The notes under the pieces were generated by a model. That model saw only the letters and a list, made by a program, of their open reading frames with translations, was not told the DNA's origin and searched no databases. The translations under genes and the position numbers were made by a program. DNA of 64,000 nt from a virus (taxonomy: Duplodnaviria; Caudoviricetes): IMG/VR virus record IMGVR_UViG_3300042542_006078. One strand, written 5' to 3'. Below are positions 28,312-36,522 of the stretch, one piece after another (the first letter of the stretch is position 1; the number at the start of each line of letters is the position of its first letter).

Positions 28312-28991
28312 ACATTCAGGTCAAAATTAATTTTCTTGTAGTCTTCTTCCGTGAATAGTTTTTTCACGAAAGGACTTATTGCAAGATAATATGGAGAAAT
28401 CTTACCAAGATTGATCCATCTGAATATATTGTTGTTGATATATGATTCCTTATACTTATCAAAATTCACATCAGGTCCAAATGTCTTAACAATAAATTCT
28501 TTGGTCTTCTCAATACCTTCCAAAGCTTTTTGTATACCAACTCCAGTAACCTCAACCGTGTCCTTAGGATTATTTCTGACCTGATCGTATTTTTTCTTCC
28601 AAAGCTTCCATCTTTTCCAAGCCTTTTCTCCCACCAAACAATTTGGATCAATCAATGGATGATCATTATCACGGTTGATAGCTTTAAGAATATCAAGCTG
28701 GGCTCTGATATAAAGAGGATATTCTTCTTTGGTCAGAATACCATTTGTTTCACGAACTAACTTATAAGCAATTTTGAATATAAGTGATTTGCGTGGATCG
28801 CCTTTTTTCATAGTGGCGTGACGATAGTCTGGAAATTTTTTGCGACTCTGTTCGAGCCACATTGAAGCTATATGGCAAGCCTGAGTTTCAAGCTCATCCA
28901 TCTCATACTTCTCAGCAGACTCGATGATCCACATGAAATTTTCCTCTTTTTTTTCGTGCTTCATCATACTCCTATACCTCAAGCGACTCAA
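28245..28991 (-). CDS. Hypothetical protein
   Basis: 248-aa ORF with typical codon usage; function not recognised. Confidence 0.6.
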   Translation of the reverse strand: MSRLRYRSMMKHEKKEENFMWIIESAEKYEMDELETQACHIASMWLEQSRKKFPDYRHATMKKGDPRKSLIFKIAYKLVRETNGILTKEEYPLYIRAQLDILKAINRDNDHPLIDPNCLVGEKAWKRWKLWKKKYDQVRNNPKDTVEVTGVGIQKALEGIEKTKEFIVKTFGPDVNFDKYKESYINNNIFRWINLGKISPYYLAISPFVKKLFTEEDYKKINFDLNVYLPCIDESVLARFRSLFSFEA

Positions 28992-29004
28992 GGTTATTTA
29001 TCCC

Positions 29005-29892
29005 ATGAAAATTGCAATGTGCCCACTAGTAAGCAGAGATCTTCCAAAAGCTATCAGAGCAACCAATTCTTGTAGAAATCAATTTCCAACTGAACAATTT
29101 CAAGTTGAAACAGTTGCAATTGTTAACTCAAAGAATCAAGAATTCATAGATGAGTTCTGCTCATGGTGCGAATCTGAACAAGTAAAATATGTCATTACTG
29201 AATCAAATGGAACACCAAGCAGAGGAAAAAATAGCGTTCTTCAGTTTCTTAGAGACTCGGACTATGACGGAGTAAGCATGACAGATGGAGATGATTTAGT
29301 CTATCCAACTGGAGCTTTGCAAATTGAAAGACATCTTCTTCACCATCCAACCACAGATGTTTTGATAGTTAAGCCTTCTGATCAAGTTACAAACCATGAA
29401 TCATATGGAAGTGTTCAAATTAAAGAAGGAAACTATGCTGTTTGTTGGGGTATGAATATTGTTAAGTTGGGATATACTTATGGTCCCGGTAAAAGCGAAA
29501 TATTTAATTCAGGACATTTTGCAGCAAGAAATTTAGGAGGACATGTTTTTTATAGCAAGAAGGTTGCACAACTTGTTCAATATGATGAAGAACAATTGTT
29601 GGGAGAAGACTTGCTTTTAGAATTTAATCTTCTCAAGCTTCATCAAGAAAGAAAAATATGTTTTTGGTTAAGTTTTGCAAGTGATGTACAGATGCTAGAC
29701 AGAACTGAGCAAGAAAGTATTCAATATACAAAGAATGGAACAGATGGGGCTCAATCTTTTGAAAGGTTAATTCAAAAAGTGAGAGAGATATTGCCTGAAG
29801 ACAGAAGTTCATTTGATGAATTGCCCGTAGAGTTCCCAGAATTGTTATTTTCACATGGCGAAAAAATTGAATGGTTGAAGCAAGTTTTTTGA
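29005..29892 (+). CDS. GT-A fold glycosyltransferase-like protein
   Basis: SNGTPSRGKNSVL, MTDGDD (DxDD), GEDL. Start taken at ATG 29005. Confidence 0.6.
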   Translation: MKIAMCPLVSRDLPKAIRATNSCRNQFPTEQFQVETVAIVNSKNQEFIDEFCSWCESEQVKYVITESNGTPSRGKNSVLQFLRDSDYDGVSMTDGDDLVYPTGALQIERHLLHHPTTDVLIVKPSDQVTNHESYGSVQIKEGNYAVCWGMNIVKLGYTYGPGKSEIFNSGHFAARNLGGHVFYSKKVAQLVQYDEEQLLGEDLLLEFNLLKLHQERKICFWLSFASDVQMLDRTEQESIQYTKNGTDGAQSFERLIQKVREILPEDRSSFDELPVEFPELLFSHGEKIEWLKQVF

Positions 29893-29899
29893 AAATTGA

Positions 29900-29928
29900 T
29901 TGCAAAAAAGAATCTAAGTGATTACAAT
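29900..29928 (+). promoter_or_regulatory. Sigma70-type promoter reading into the non-coding structured region
   Basis: TTGCAA-17 nt-TACAAT. Confidence 0.6.
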
Positions 29929-29934
29929 AAGAAA

Positions 29935-30448
29935 TGGCTAAGGGTAATTCTCACTCATTCCGCTCACAAGGTGTTATGAGTTAAGCCCAAAGCAAAGACA
30001 GAAGAAGGTTTCGCACTTAAAGACTTTCATCGTGATTGTCGCCTTTAATGTCTTTGTTGTCAAACCTGCGAGGCCCTTACCAAGGGTGGGTCTTTGTAGT
30101 TGTTCTACAACGAATGCTTTAACGGGAAGCATTGTACTCGCAGCAGCAGAGGTCAAGCCGGATAGAAATGATGCTGACTCTCAAGAAAAACCCCTGTAGT
30201 TTGTTTTGCAAAAAGCAAATGAGAAATGGAAAATTCTTGAGCTATTCGGTTTTAGGTTTGCTGCAAATAAAAGTGCGCCATCTGACTCAATCCCAAGAAG
30301 TTATTGCTGGAGTAAATAGGTTTAGTAAACAAGAATATGGCTTAAACGCCAAAAAATTGCTCTACTAAACAAGTTTACTCAATATCTCACTTTTAATGTG
30401 ATATATACAGCAATAACCATTTGGGTCAGCATCCCGTTCTAGTTTTTG
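29935..30448 (+). ncRNA. Candidate large structured ncRNA (~510 nt), family unknown
   Basis: Many nested stems with G-U-compatible mismatches: 29991-30000/30049-58, 30067-72/30137-42, 30171-80/30423-32, 30180-87/30234-41, 30301-09/30408-16, 30310-16/30374-80, 30320-27/30363-70. Upstream promoter and a downstream T-tract. Confidence 0.6.
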
Positions 30449-30507
30449 ATTGTAAATAAAAAAAACAAATTACCTAAATTAACAAATTTTTGCATAATTT
30501 AACATGA

Positions 30508-30536
30508 TTGACCTAACTGCTTTTTTCGGCTATAAC
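30508..30536 (+). promoter_or_regulatory. Sigma70-type promoter for the polA operon
   Basis: TTGACC-17 nt-TATAAC. Confidence 0.6.
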
Positions 30537-30597
30537 CTGACGAAGAATTAGCCTTCACTCACAGAGTGACGGAAAATGGCCTACAAGCTGGTGATTC

Positions 30598-31935
30598 ATG
30601 TATTTTGACTCTTTGTCCAAGTTGCTCTGTCAAATCGAGCGTAAGCCCCTTTTCTTGCGATTTAATCCCACTCCTTTTGATTTCACGGACAAGGATTCAG
30701 TCAATGAGATGCAATTCTTTCTTCCTGATGGTGTCACATTTCAAATTTTGCTCAAGGATGAATCTTTGCCTTTGGTTTTGAGTATGTTGCAGTTGTCTGT
30801 TTTTTCTGGCGACAACAAAGTCTTCGCATGGGATTGGAAATCATTTATTTCACATGTTCTTGCAAAGACTGGCAAGTTATATTCTATTGAATCATCTGTT
30901 GTTGATCTTAAGATTTTAGAAAGTTACAACGGAATCAAGAAATCATGTCCTGAGACATTTGTTGAGTGTTTTAACAGAATAAAGTATTTGGTATCATCTG
31001 GTCTATGGAAAGACTGTGAAAATATTTACAAGAAGATTCATTTGCCTTTGATGACAAATGTCATTCCTTATTTGGAAACAGTAGGCATTCTTGACTTGAA
31101 TGCTGGCAAGAAGGTTCATGCTCATTATGAGATTGATGGTCAGGAGAATGGCAGATTAAGATGTCACAATGCTTTTAAGAATGGTTTTGTGCCACATGCA
31201 ATGGGATCGGATATCAAGGAGAAGTTGAAGCCTGTCGGCTATGATTCTCTTTTCATGGCTTTTGATTACAAGGGCATGGAAGCGTTTGTTCTTGCCTATT
31301 TGAGCAAAGACGAAAGGTTGATGAGTTTTTGTCAGGAAGAGGACATTTATGCTTCTTTGGCAAAGTCATTATTTGGATCGAATTCTGAAAAAATTGATCG
31401 TGAATTGGTGAAAAAATGTTTTTTGCCGGTTATATATGGACAGTCGGCCCGTTCTCTTTCTTTGCGTTGCGGAATGGCTGCTGATGTCGCAGAAGGCGTT
31501 GTGGAACGAATTAGTTCTTTGTTCAATACTGCGCTTTCATTCGTTGCTGATTGTGAAGAAAAAGTAAAACAAAATGGATTTGCCAAAGATGTTTTTGGTA
31601 AAAGAAGAAACAACTTTGAGTTAGGCAAGGAATATTTAGCCAGAAACTTTGCTGTGCAATCACCCGCATCAACGATATGTCTTGAGAAACTTATCAATCT
31701 TCATATTTCCATACAAAACTTAAATCAAAGCTTGAAGGATAAGGCTCAAATTTCTTATACTGTTCATGACGGTTATGTTTTGTATGTTACGAAGGATAAT
31801 TGGAAACAAGTTTACAAGAGAAGTATGGAAGCATTGTGCGGAGAATCCGAGCTTTGTCCCGGTCTGCGACTGAAGGTTTCATGTCGTGGAGGGAGAAACC
31901 TGAATGACCTGAAAATGATTAAAGATCGAAAGTGA
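30598..31935 (+). CDS. polA: Family A DNA polymerase (short: polymerase domain plus degenerate exonuclease-like region)
   Basis: NGRL, motif A FDYKGMEAFVLAYLSKD, motif B RELVKKCFLPVIYG, ARNFAVQSPAS, motif C TVHDG. Confidence 0.85.
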   Translation: MYFDSLSKLLCQIERKPLFLRFNPTPFDFTDKDSVNEMQFFLPDGVTFQILLKDESLPLVLSMLQLSVFSGDNKVFAWDWKSFISHVLAKTGKLYSIESSVVDLKILESYNGIKKSCPETFVECFNRIKYLVSSGLWKDCENIYKKIHLPLMTNVIPYLETVGILDLNAGKKVHAHYEIDGQENGRLRCHNAFKNGFVPHAMGSDIKEKLKPVGYDSLFMAFDYKGMEAFVLAYLSKDERLMSFCQEEDIYASLAKSLFGSNSEKIDRELVKKCFLPVIYGQSARSLSLRCGMAADVAEGVVERISSLFNTALSFVADCEEKVKQNGFAKDVFGKRRNNFELGKEYLARNFAVQSPASTICLEKLINLHISIQNLNQSLKDKAQISYTVHDGYVLYVTKDNWKQVYKRSMEALCGESELCPGLRLKVSCRGGRNLNDLKMIKDRK

Positions 31936-32495
31936 AGGAAAAAATGATTGAGATTGTTCACAATTTTCCGATAACAGAAGAAGAATTTTTGGACCTTGAC
32001 AAGAAATTTTCAAAGCTTTGCTGGCATGCTGCTCACGAATTGAAGAAGAAAAACACAAACAATAATTTCATTGATGATCCTGAGGACATTAAACAAGAAT
32101 TACAAATGAGCATGCTTCGTGCCGGAAGCTATTACAAGAGACAGGTTTATATTGAGAAGTGTCTTGATATTGCTAAGAAGTTCGTCGAGGACAAATTAAT
32201 TTTGAAGGTTTTATTGGAACTGGAAAATCTTTGGGAAAATAGGACTAGGCATGGTGCCAATAGGCAAAAGTATGGTGCTTTCCAAGAGAATCTTCTTGAA
32301 AAGATTATTCGTAATTTTGTGCCGAAGGAAAATAGGCCAAACAAGAATGCGCCTTTGAAAATGGACAGCAAGTTTGTGACTTATTGCAAGGCCATCGTAT
32401 GGAATGGCCAGAAATCGATGGGCAAGAAGATCACTAGGGAAAAATCAATTCGTAGTGGTATGGTTTCTTTGAGCGAGTTTGAATTTTTGCATTGA
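31932..32495 (+). CDS. Hypothetical protein, weakly sigma-factor-like
   Basis: DDPEDIKQELQMSMLRA resembles sigma region 2 (D.ED..QE); F.TYC..IVWN. Confidence 0.35.
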   Translation: MKEKMIEIVHNFPITEEEFLDLDKKFSKLCWHAAHELKKKNTNNNFIDDPEDIKQELQMSMLRAGSYYKRQVYIEKCLDIAKKFVEDKLILKVLLELENLWENRTRHGANRQKYGAFQENLLEKIIRNFVPKENRPNKNAPLKMDSKFVTYCKAIVWNGQKSMGKKITREKSIRSGMVSLSEFEFLH

Positions 32496-32507
32496 TATCA
32501 ATATAAT
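32479..32507 (+). promoter_or_regulatory. Sigma70-type promoter for a candidate small RNA or the helicase leader
   Basis: TTGAAT-17 nt-TATAAT; predicted start ~32513 coincides with the 5' arm of the hairpin. Confidence 0.6.
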
Positions 32508-32511
32508 ATTT

Positions 32512-32613
32512 TGAGCGGTATAGTTTGCCATCTAATCGACAATTTATATTTTGTAACTATAATCGATAATAATCCAAATCGGTTGAGAATTATGGTGTGC
32601 CGCTCATTTTTTT
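32512..32613 (+). ncRNA. Candidate ~100-nt rod-shaped small RNA or attenuator
   Basis: TGAGCGGTATA (32512-22) pairs with TGTGCCGCTCA (32596-606) with two G-U pairs. Inner CCAT/ATGG and TCGAC/GTTGA pairs. Followed by T7. Confidence 0.45.
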
Positions 32614-32715
32614 GAATTTTTTCCTCTCCCACAAAAAAATAAATTGAAAAAAAGCCTATCTTGTTTGCCATTGTTTATGGTAAGATAGTGGCATTATTGC
32701 ATATGAGGTCTTGGA

Positions 32716-34248
32716 ATGCGTGAACTTACACCAGAAGAACAAGCTCAACTTGAGTCGATGACCGATCCAGAGGTGATCAAGCCTAAGTTTGCGTGGGATG
32801 ATACATTTCAGCGCAAATTGCTTGCGATGCTTTTAACTGACGAATACATGCTTGTTCAAGCCATGGACAAAGTGAAGCCAGAGTATTTTAGCAATGAAGC
32901 TCATACTCTGATCTGCAAGATACTGATTCAACATTTTACCAAGGAAAAGGTCCGTCCTAGCGAGTGGATTATTCAGCAGGAGTTGAATAATTCTTTGAAG
33001 GATAGAGACAGAACAATTCAGCTTCATTATGCGGCTGAATTGAAAAGTATTTATGATTACTACACTTCCGGTTTAGACAGTCGTGAATACCTTATTGATA
33101 AGGTGACTTACTTTGCTAAGGTTCAAGCAGTAAAGCTGGCATTTCATGCTTCTTTGGAAAAGATGCAAGAGGCACCAGAAGACGAGAAGACTTGGGGTTT
33201 TGTATACGAAAAAATGCGCCAAGCCATGCTCATTGATAGAAGTTATGAGCCCGGTCTTGAATACTTCATGAACATCGAAGAGATGTTCAAAAGAATGGAA
33301 GATGTGTTCGTAGGCAAAGAGAGGTTTACATCAGGATTTCCATCTATTGATAATGCTCTGACTGGAGGTGGTTTATTTATTGGTCAGATAGCAAGTTGGA
33401 TTGGTTTGCCCGGTACTGGAAAGTCTCTTGCTCTTGTAAAGGCTGCTGTTGAAAATGTTCTTTTGGGACACAAGGTTCTTTACATCACATTGGAAATGGA
33501 TGAACTTGGTATTGTTCAGCGTTTTACAAGTCAATTTGCGAAAAAGGACATCAATAACCTTAGGCAGATGAAAGAAGAAATCAAAGAGACGATAGAAGAA
33601 TTCAAGAAAGACAAAGTTGATCCTAACCTTTTGCATGTCAAACAATTTCCCGGTGGCCAACTTGATGTCAATGGCATCAGAGCATATATGGCACAATTAG
33701 AGCTTCGTGGATGGAAGCCAAATGTGCTTATTGTTGACTATGTTGGCGAAATGAAAGATGATCCTTCCGTCAAGAAATATGAATCTGCATATCGTATTCT
33801 TCGTGATCTAAGGGGATTTGGTGTTGAAAAAGGACATGTAACATTTACATGTGTGCAGCCAAATCAGACTGCGGCAAAGTTGGAAATTGGGCAATATATT
33901 GACGAATCCAATATCGGCACAAGCTTTGACCAGTTCAAGCCATTGGATGCTTTTTGGTCAATTAACCAGCAAGTTCTCGAAAAAGATGCCGAGGTTGGAA
34001 GAATTTTTGTCATTAAGCACAGAAATGGTCGATCAAGATTTAGCTTTAAGATTGGATTTGATTATAAGATTGGTACATTGGACATGTTTGAAATTAGCAA
34101 GGATACATATCGTGAGCGCATGAACTTAGTACAAGAGAAGAAAGCGGAAGAAGTTACTATGGACAATGTGGGCGATGCTTCATCCGGTGGAAAAAAGCAG
34201 CGCAGCAAGAAAGGTTTCAATCCAGAAAACGACACATACGAGGCTTAA
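32716..34248 (+). CDS. Replicative DnaB-family helicase (T4 gp41-like)
   Basis: SGFPSIDNAL.GG, GLPGTGKS, YITLEM, VKQFP, IVDYVGEM, QPNQ, IKHRNG. Confidence 0.9.
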   Translation: MRELTPEEQAQLESMTDPEVIKPKFAWDDTFQRKLLAMLLTDEYMLVQAMDKVKPEYFSNEAHTLICKILIQHFTKEKVRPSEWIIQQELNNSLKDRDRTIQLHYAAELKSIYDYYTSGLDSREYLIDKVTYFAKVQAVKLAFHASLEKMQEAPEDEKTWGFVYEKMRQAMLIDRSYEPGLEYFMNIEEMFKRMEDVFVGKERFTSGFPSIDNALTGGGLFIGQIASWIGLPGTGKSLALVKAAVENVLLGHKVLYITLEMDELGIVQRFTSQFAKKDINNLRQMKEEIKETIEEFKKDKVDPNLLHVKQFPGGQLDVNGIRAYMAQLELRGWKPNVLIVDYVGEMKDDPSVKKYESAYRILRDLRGFGVEKGHVTFTCVQPNQTAAKLEIGQYIDESNIGTSFDQFKPLDAFWSINQQVLEKDAEVGRIFVIKHRNGRSRFSFKIGFDYKIGTLDMFEISKDTYRERMNLVQEKKAEEVTMDNVGDASSGGKKQRSKKGFNPENDTYEA

Positions 34249-34249
34249 A

Positions 34250-34423
34250 ATGGCAAAGTTCAAGGTTTTCGAGAATATTCTCAATGAGTATGTCAATCAT
34301 CCTACTCAGGTTTTCGTAGAAGAAATTGAGGCTTCTTCTCCAGAAGAAGCAATTCAGTTTATAAGAATGATGCATCCAAACAAGGGAATGTTGACAGTTA
34401 ACGGTCAGCAATACGAGGGGTAA
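34250..34423 (+). CDS. Small hypothetical protein (57 aa)
   Basis: ATG 1 nt after the helicase stop; stop 2 nt before the next gene. Confidence 0.6.
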   Translation: MAKFKVFENILNEYVNHPTQVFVEEIEASSPEEAIQFIRMMHPNKGMLTVNGQQYEG

Positions 34424-34425
34424 AA

Positions 34426-34920
34426 ATGGCTAATGAAGCACCTATTGAAAAGGTGTCGGTTGTTGTTCAGGGTCGAAGAATTGTTCTTGACCCTGAAAAC
34501 ATGAAGTATAATGAAAATAATTTGCCTGAATACATGAGCAAGGAATACGGGTGGATAGATTATTTAGGCAAACAGCTTGAGTATGCACAGAAAGAAGTGC
34601 TTTTGGCTGAGATTGATGCCGAGTCAGTTTATAGTTCCAAATTCATGGAATCTAAGGACACCGGCAATTCAGACAATTATGCCAAGGCTTATTCCAACAG
34701 TCATGTTGATGTTGTTGCTGCCAAAAAAAATGTTGTCGAGCGCAAAGAAGCTGTTGGTCATTTGAGGGCACATCTTGCTGCTTGGAGCAAGAATCATGAA
34801 AATGCCCAGAACAGAGGTCATACAATCAGAGCCGAAATGAAGGTTTTGAATCGTGACATTTATGAAACACCAGAAGAAAACAAAAGTGTTTCTTTTGAGG
34901 AATATCTTAAATCAAATTGA
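34426..34920 (+). CDS. Helical protein, possible UvsY-like recombination mediator
   Basis: Coiled-coil character, size and position within the replication/recombination cluster. Confidence 0.4.
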   Translation: MANEAPIEKVSVVVQGRRIVLDPENMKYNENNLPEYMSKEYGWIDYLGKQLEYAQKEVLLAEIDAESVYSSKFMESKDTGNSDNYAKAYSNSHVDVVAAKKNVVERKEAVGHLRAHLAAWSKNHENAQNRGHTIRAEMKVLNRDIYETPEENKSVSFEEYLKSN

Positions 34921-34983
34921 CAATTATTTCCATTTTTGTCACAATCTTTCATACGCAACTGACAACCATGGAAGGGGTTAAAA

Positions 34984-35505
34984 ATGTCTGAATCCACTAT
35001 ACGCTGGCTTCGTCAAAGTGACTTAGAACAAATAGTAGAGATTGAAGAACAGACATTTCCCCATCCTTGGGATATGCAAGATTTTGAAATTTGTCTTAGA
35101 AAGAAAAATGCATTTGGAGTTGTGCAGATTCTTGATGAAAAAGTCATAGGTTATATGATTTTTCAATGCACATCCAAGTCATATAACATACTCAGCATTG
35201 CCGTTGATCCAAAACATCAAAAATGTGGAAATGGCAGGAAAATGATTGAATATGTTAAAAATAAAATAAGAGCATCAACTGAAGGTCCAAAAAATCAAAT
35301 TATTTTGATTGTAAGTGATCAAAACCTTGTTTGTCATAAATTCTTGAAGTCTCTTGATTTTGTTGCCACTAAAATAAACAAAGACTATTTTGGACCAGAT
35401 CATGATGCTTATCATTTTGTCATGGACATGAGAGATCAGAAGAAGATTAAAGTAAAAAAAAAGGGAAGGACTGGTAAGGTAAAAGATGTCGATAAAATGG
35501 AATAA
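34984..35505 (+). CDS. GNAT acetyltransferase (RimI-like)
   Basis: IE.QTFPHPW, VIGYM, ILSIAVDPKHQKCGNGRKM, FLKSLDF, YF. Confidence 0.8.
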   Translation: MSESTIRWLRQSDLEQIVEIEEQTFPHPWDMQDFEICLRKKNAFGVVQILDEKVIGYMIFQCTSKSYNILSIAVDPKHQKCGNGRKMIEYVKNKIRASTEGPKNQIILIVSDQNLVCHKFLKSLDFVATKINKDYFGPDHDAYHFVMDMRDQKKIKVKKKGRTGKVKDVDKME

Positions 35506-35914
35506 GTGGTTTTTGGGTCTAGCCGAATACATTTCGACAGCATCTAAAGACCCAAGCACCAAGGTTGGAGCGGTAATTGTCGATGATGATAGAAGAGTTG
35601 TTTCAACTGGTTACAATGGCTTTCCAAGAGGCATACAGGACACCGAAGAAAGGCTCAACAACCGTGATTTGAAATATTCCATTATTGTTCATGCTGAGAG
35701 GAATGCTCTTCTTTTCGCAAGGGGATCAGTCAAGGGATGCACAATATATACTTATCCAATGATGCCATGTTCAGTTTGTGCTTCGATGATAATTCAATCT
35801 GGAATCAAGAAGGTAGTTTCTCCAAATAGCGACAATCCAAGATGGAAGGATCATATAGAGCTTTCTTTGGTTCTTTTTAGGGAAGCGGGAGTCGAAGTGG
35901 AATTCGTTGACTAA
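35486..35914 (+). CDS. dCMP deaminase
   Basis: SKDPSTKVGAVIV, TGYNGFP.G, HAERNA, PCSVCA..IIQSGI. Confidence 0.92.
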   Translation: MSIKWNKWFLGLAEYISTASKDPSTKVGAVIVDDDRRVVSTGYNGFPRGIQDTEERLNNRDLKYSIIVHAERNALLFARGSVKGCTIYTYPMMPCSVCASMIIQSGIKKVVSPNSDNPRWKDHIELSLVLFREAGVEVEFVD

Positions 35915-36510
35915 CAAGACCATATTTTCATTTGTTTTTCGTATTTAACAATTTGTTTGCAGTAGAAATTAATTACTTGTTTTTTCAAGATGTTTTTCCA
36001 TTCATTTCTTCCAATTTGTGTTGTTATGATTGGCTTGTTTTTATTTGATATTTGAATTTGCCCATAACCTAAGGCACCGATGCTTAGGCAATTCCAGTCT
36101 AATTCCCAAATTGGAATAATTTTAATTTCTGCTATTTCTACTTTTCCTTCTTTTCTTTTGTAATCAATAAATATGTAATTTAATGTTAGTTCTTCATCCT
36201 TGAGTAATTTTATCAGTCTTTTGACTGAAATTAAATTAGGCATAGAAAAGCCTGATTCGTTGATGTGATGCGACTTTATGTCGAATAAGTGTTTGATTTT
36301 ATCAACAGAGATGGAAAAGTCGTCTACTGATTTTTTACTTTTTGATTTGGTGAATTGGGCCTGATATTGATTTGAGATTATTTTTGATGAAAGGTGTTCA
36401 ATCATATCTCCGACAGCACGATGAGAAAGAGATTCATCTGCCATAAAAGGAAGAAGATGAGAATGCAATAAGTTTTGTATGTCTTGATTCAAATTCATCA
36501 AATAATCCAT
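35911..36510 (-). CDS. Putative PD-(D/E)xK endonuclease (restriction-enzyme-like)
   Basis: GDMIE, DDF....FDIKS (D-x-K), PNLIS. Confidence 0.5.
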   Translation of the reverse strand: MDYLMNLNQDIQNLLHSHLLPFMADESLSHRAVGDMIEHLSSKIISNQYQAQFTKSKSKKSVDDFSISVDKIKHLFDIKSHHINESGFSMPNLISVKRLIKLLKDEELTLNYIFIDYKRKEGKVEIAEIKIIPIWELDWNCLSIGALGYGQIQISNKNKPIITTQIGRNEWKNILKKQVINFYCKQIVKYEKQMKIWSC

Positions 36511-36522
36511 CTTTTTTTAATT

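Noticed and set aside
29974-30368. ORFs 29974..30156 (-) and 30132..30368 (+)
   Set aside because: Short, no RBS, no motif and overlapping each other; the region is better explained by RNA structure.
29935-30448. Identity of the structured region as tmRNA, RNase P RNA, or a group I/II intron
   Set aside because: No GGGGC...CCACCA ends or tag peptide, no GAGGAAAGUCC or ACAGAA.CCGGCUUA, no closed domain V hairpin, and no interrupted host gene. Left unassigned.
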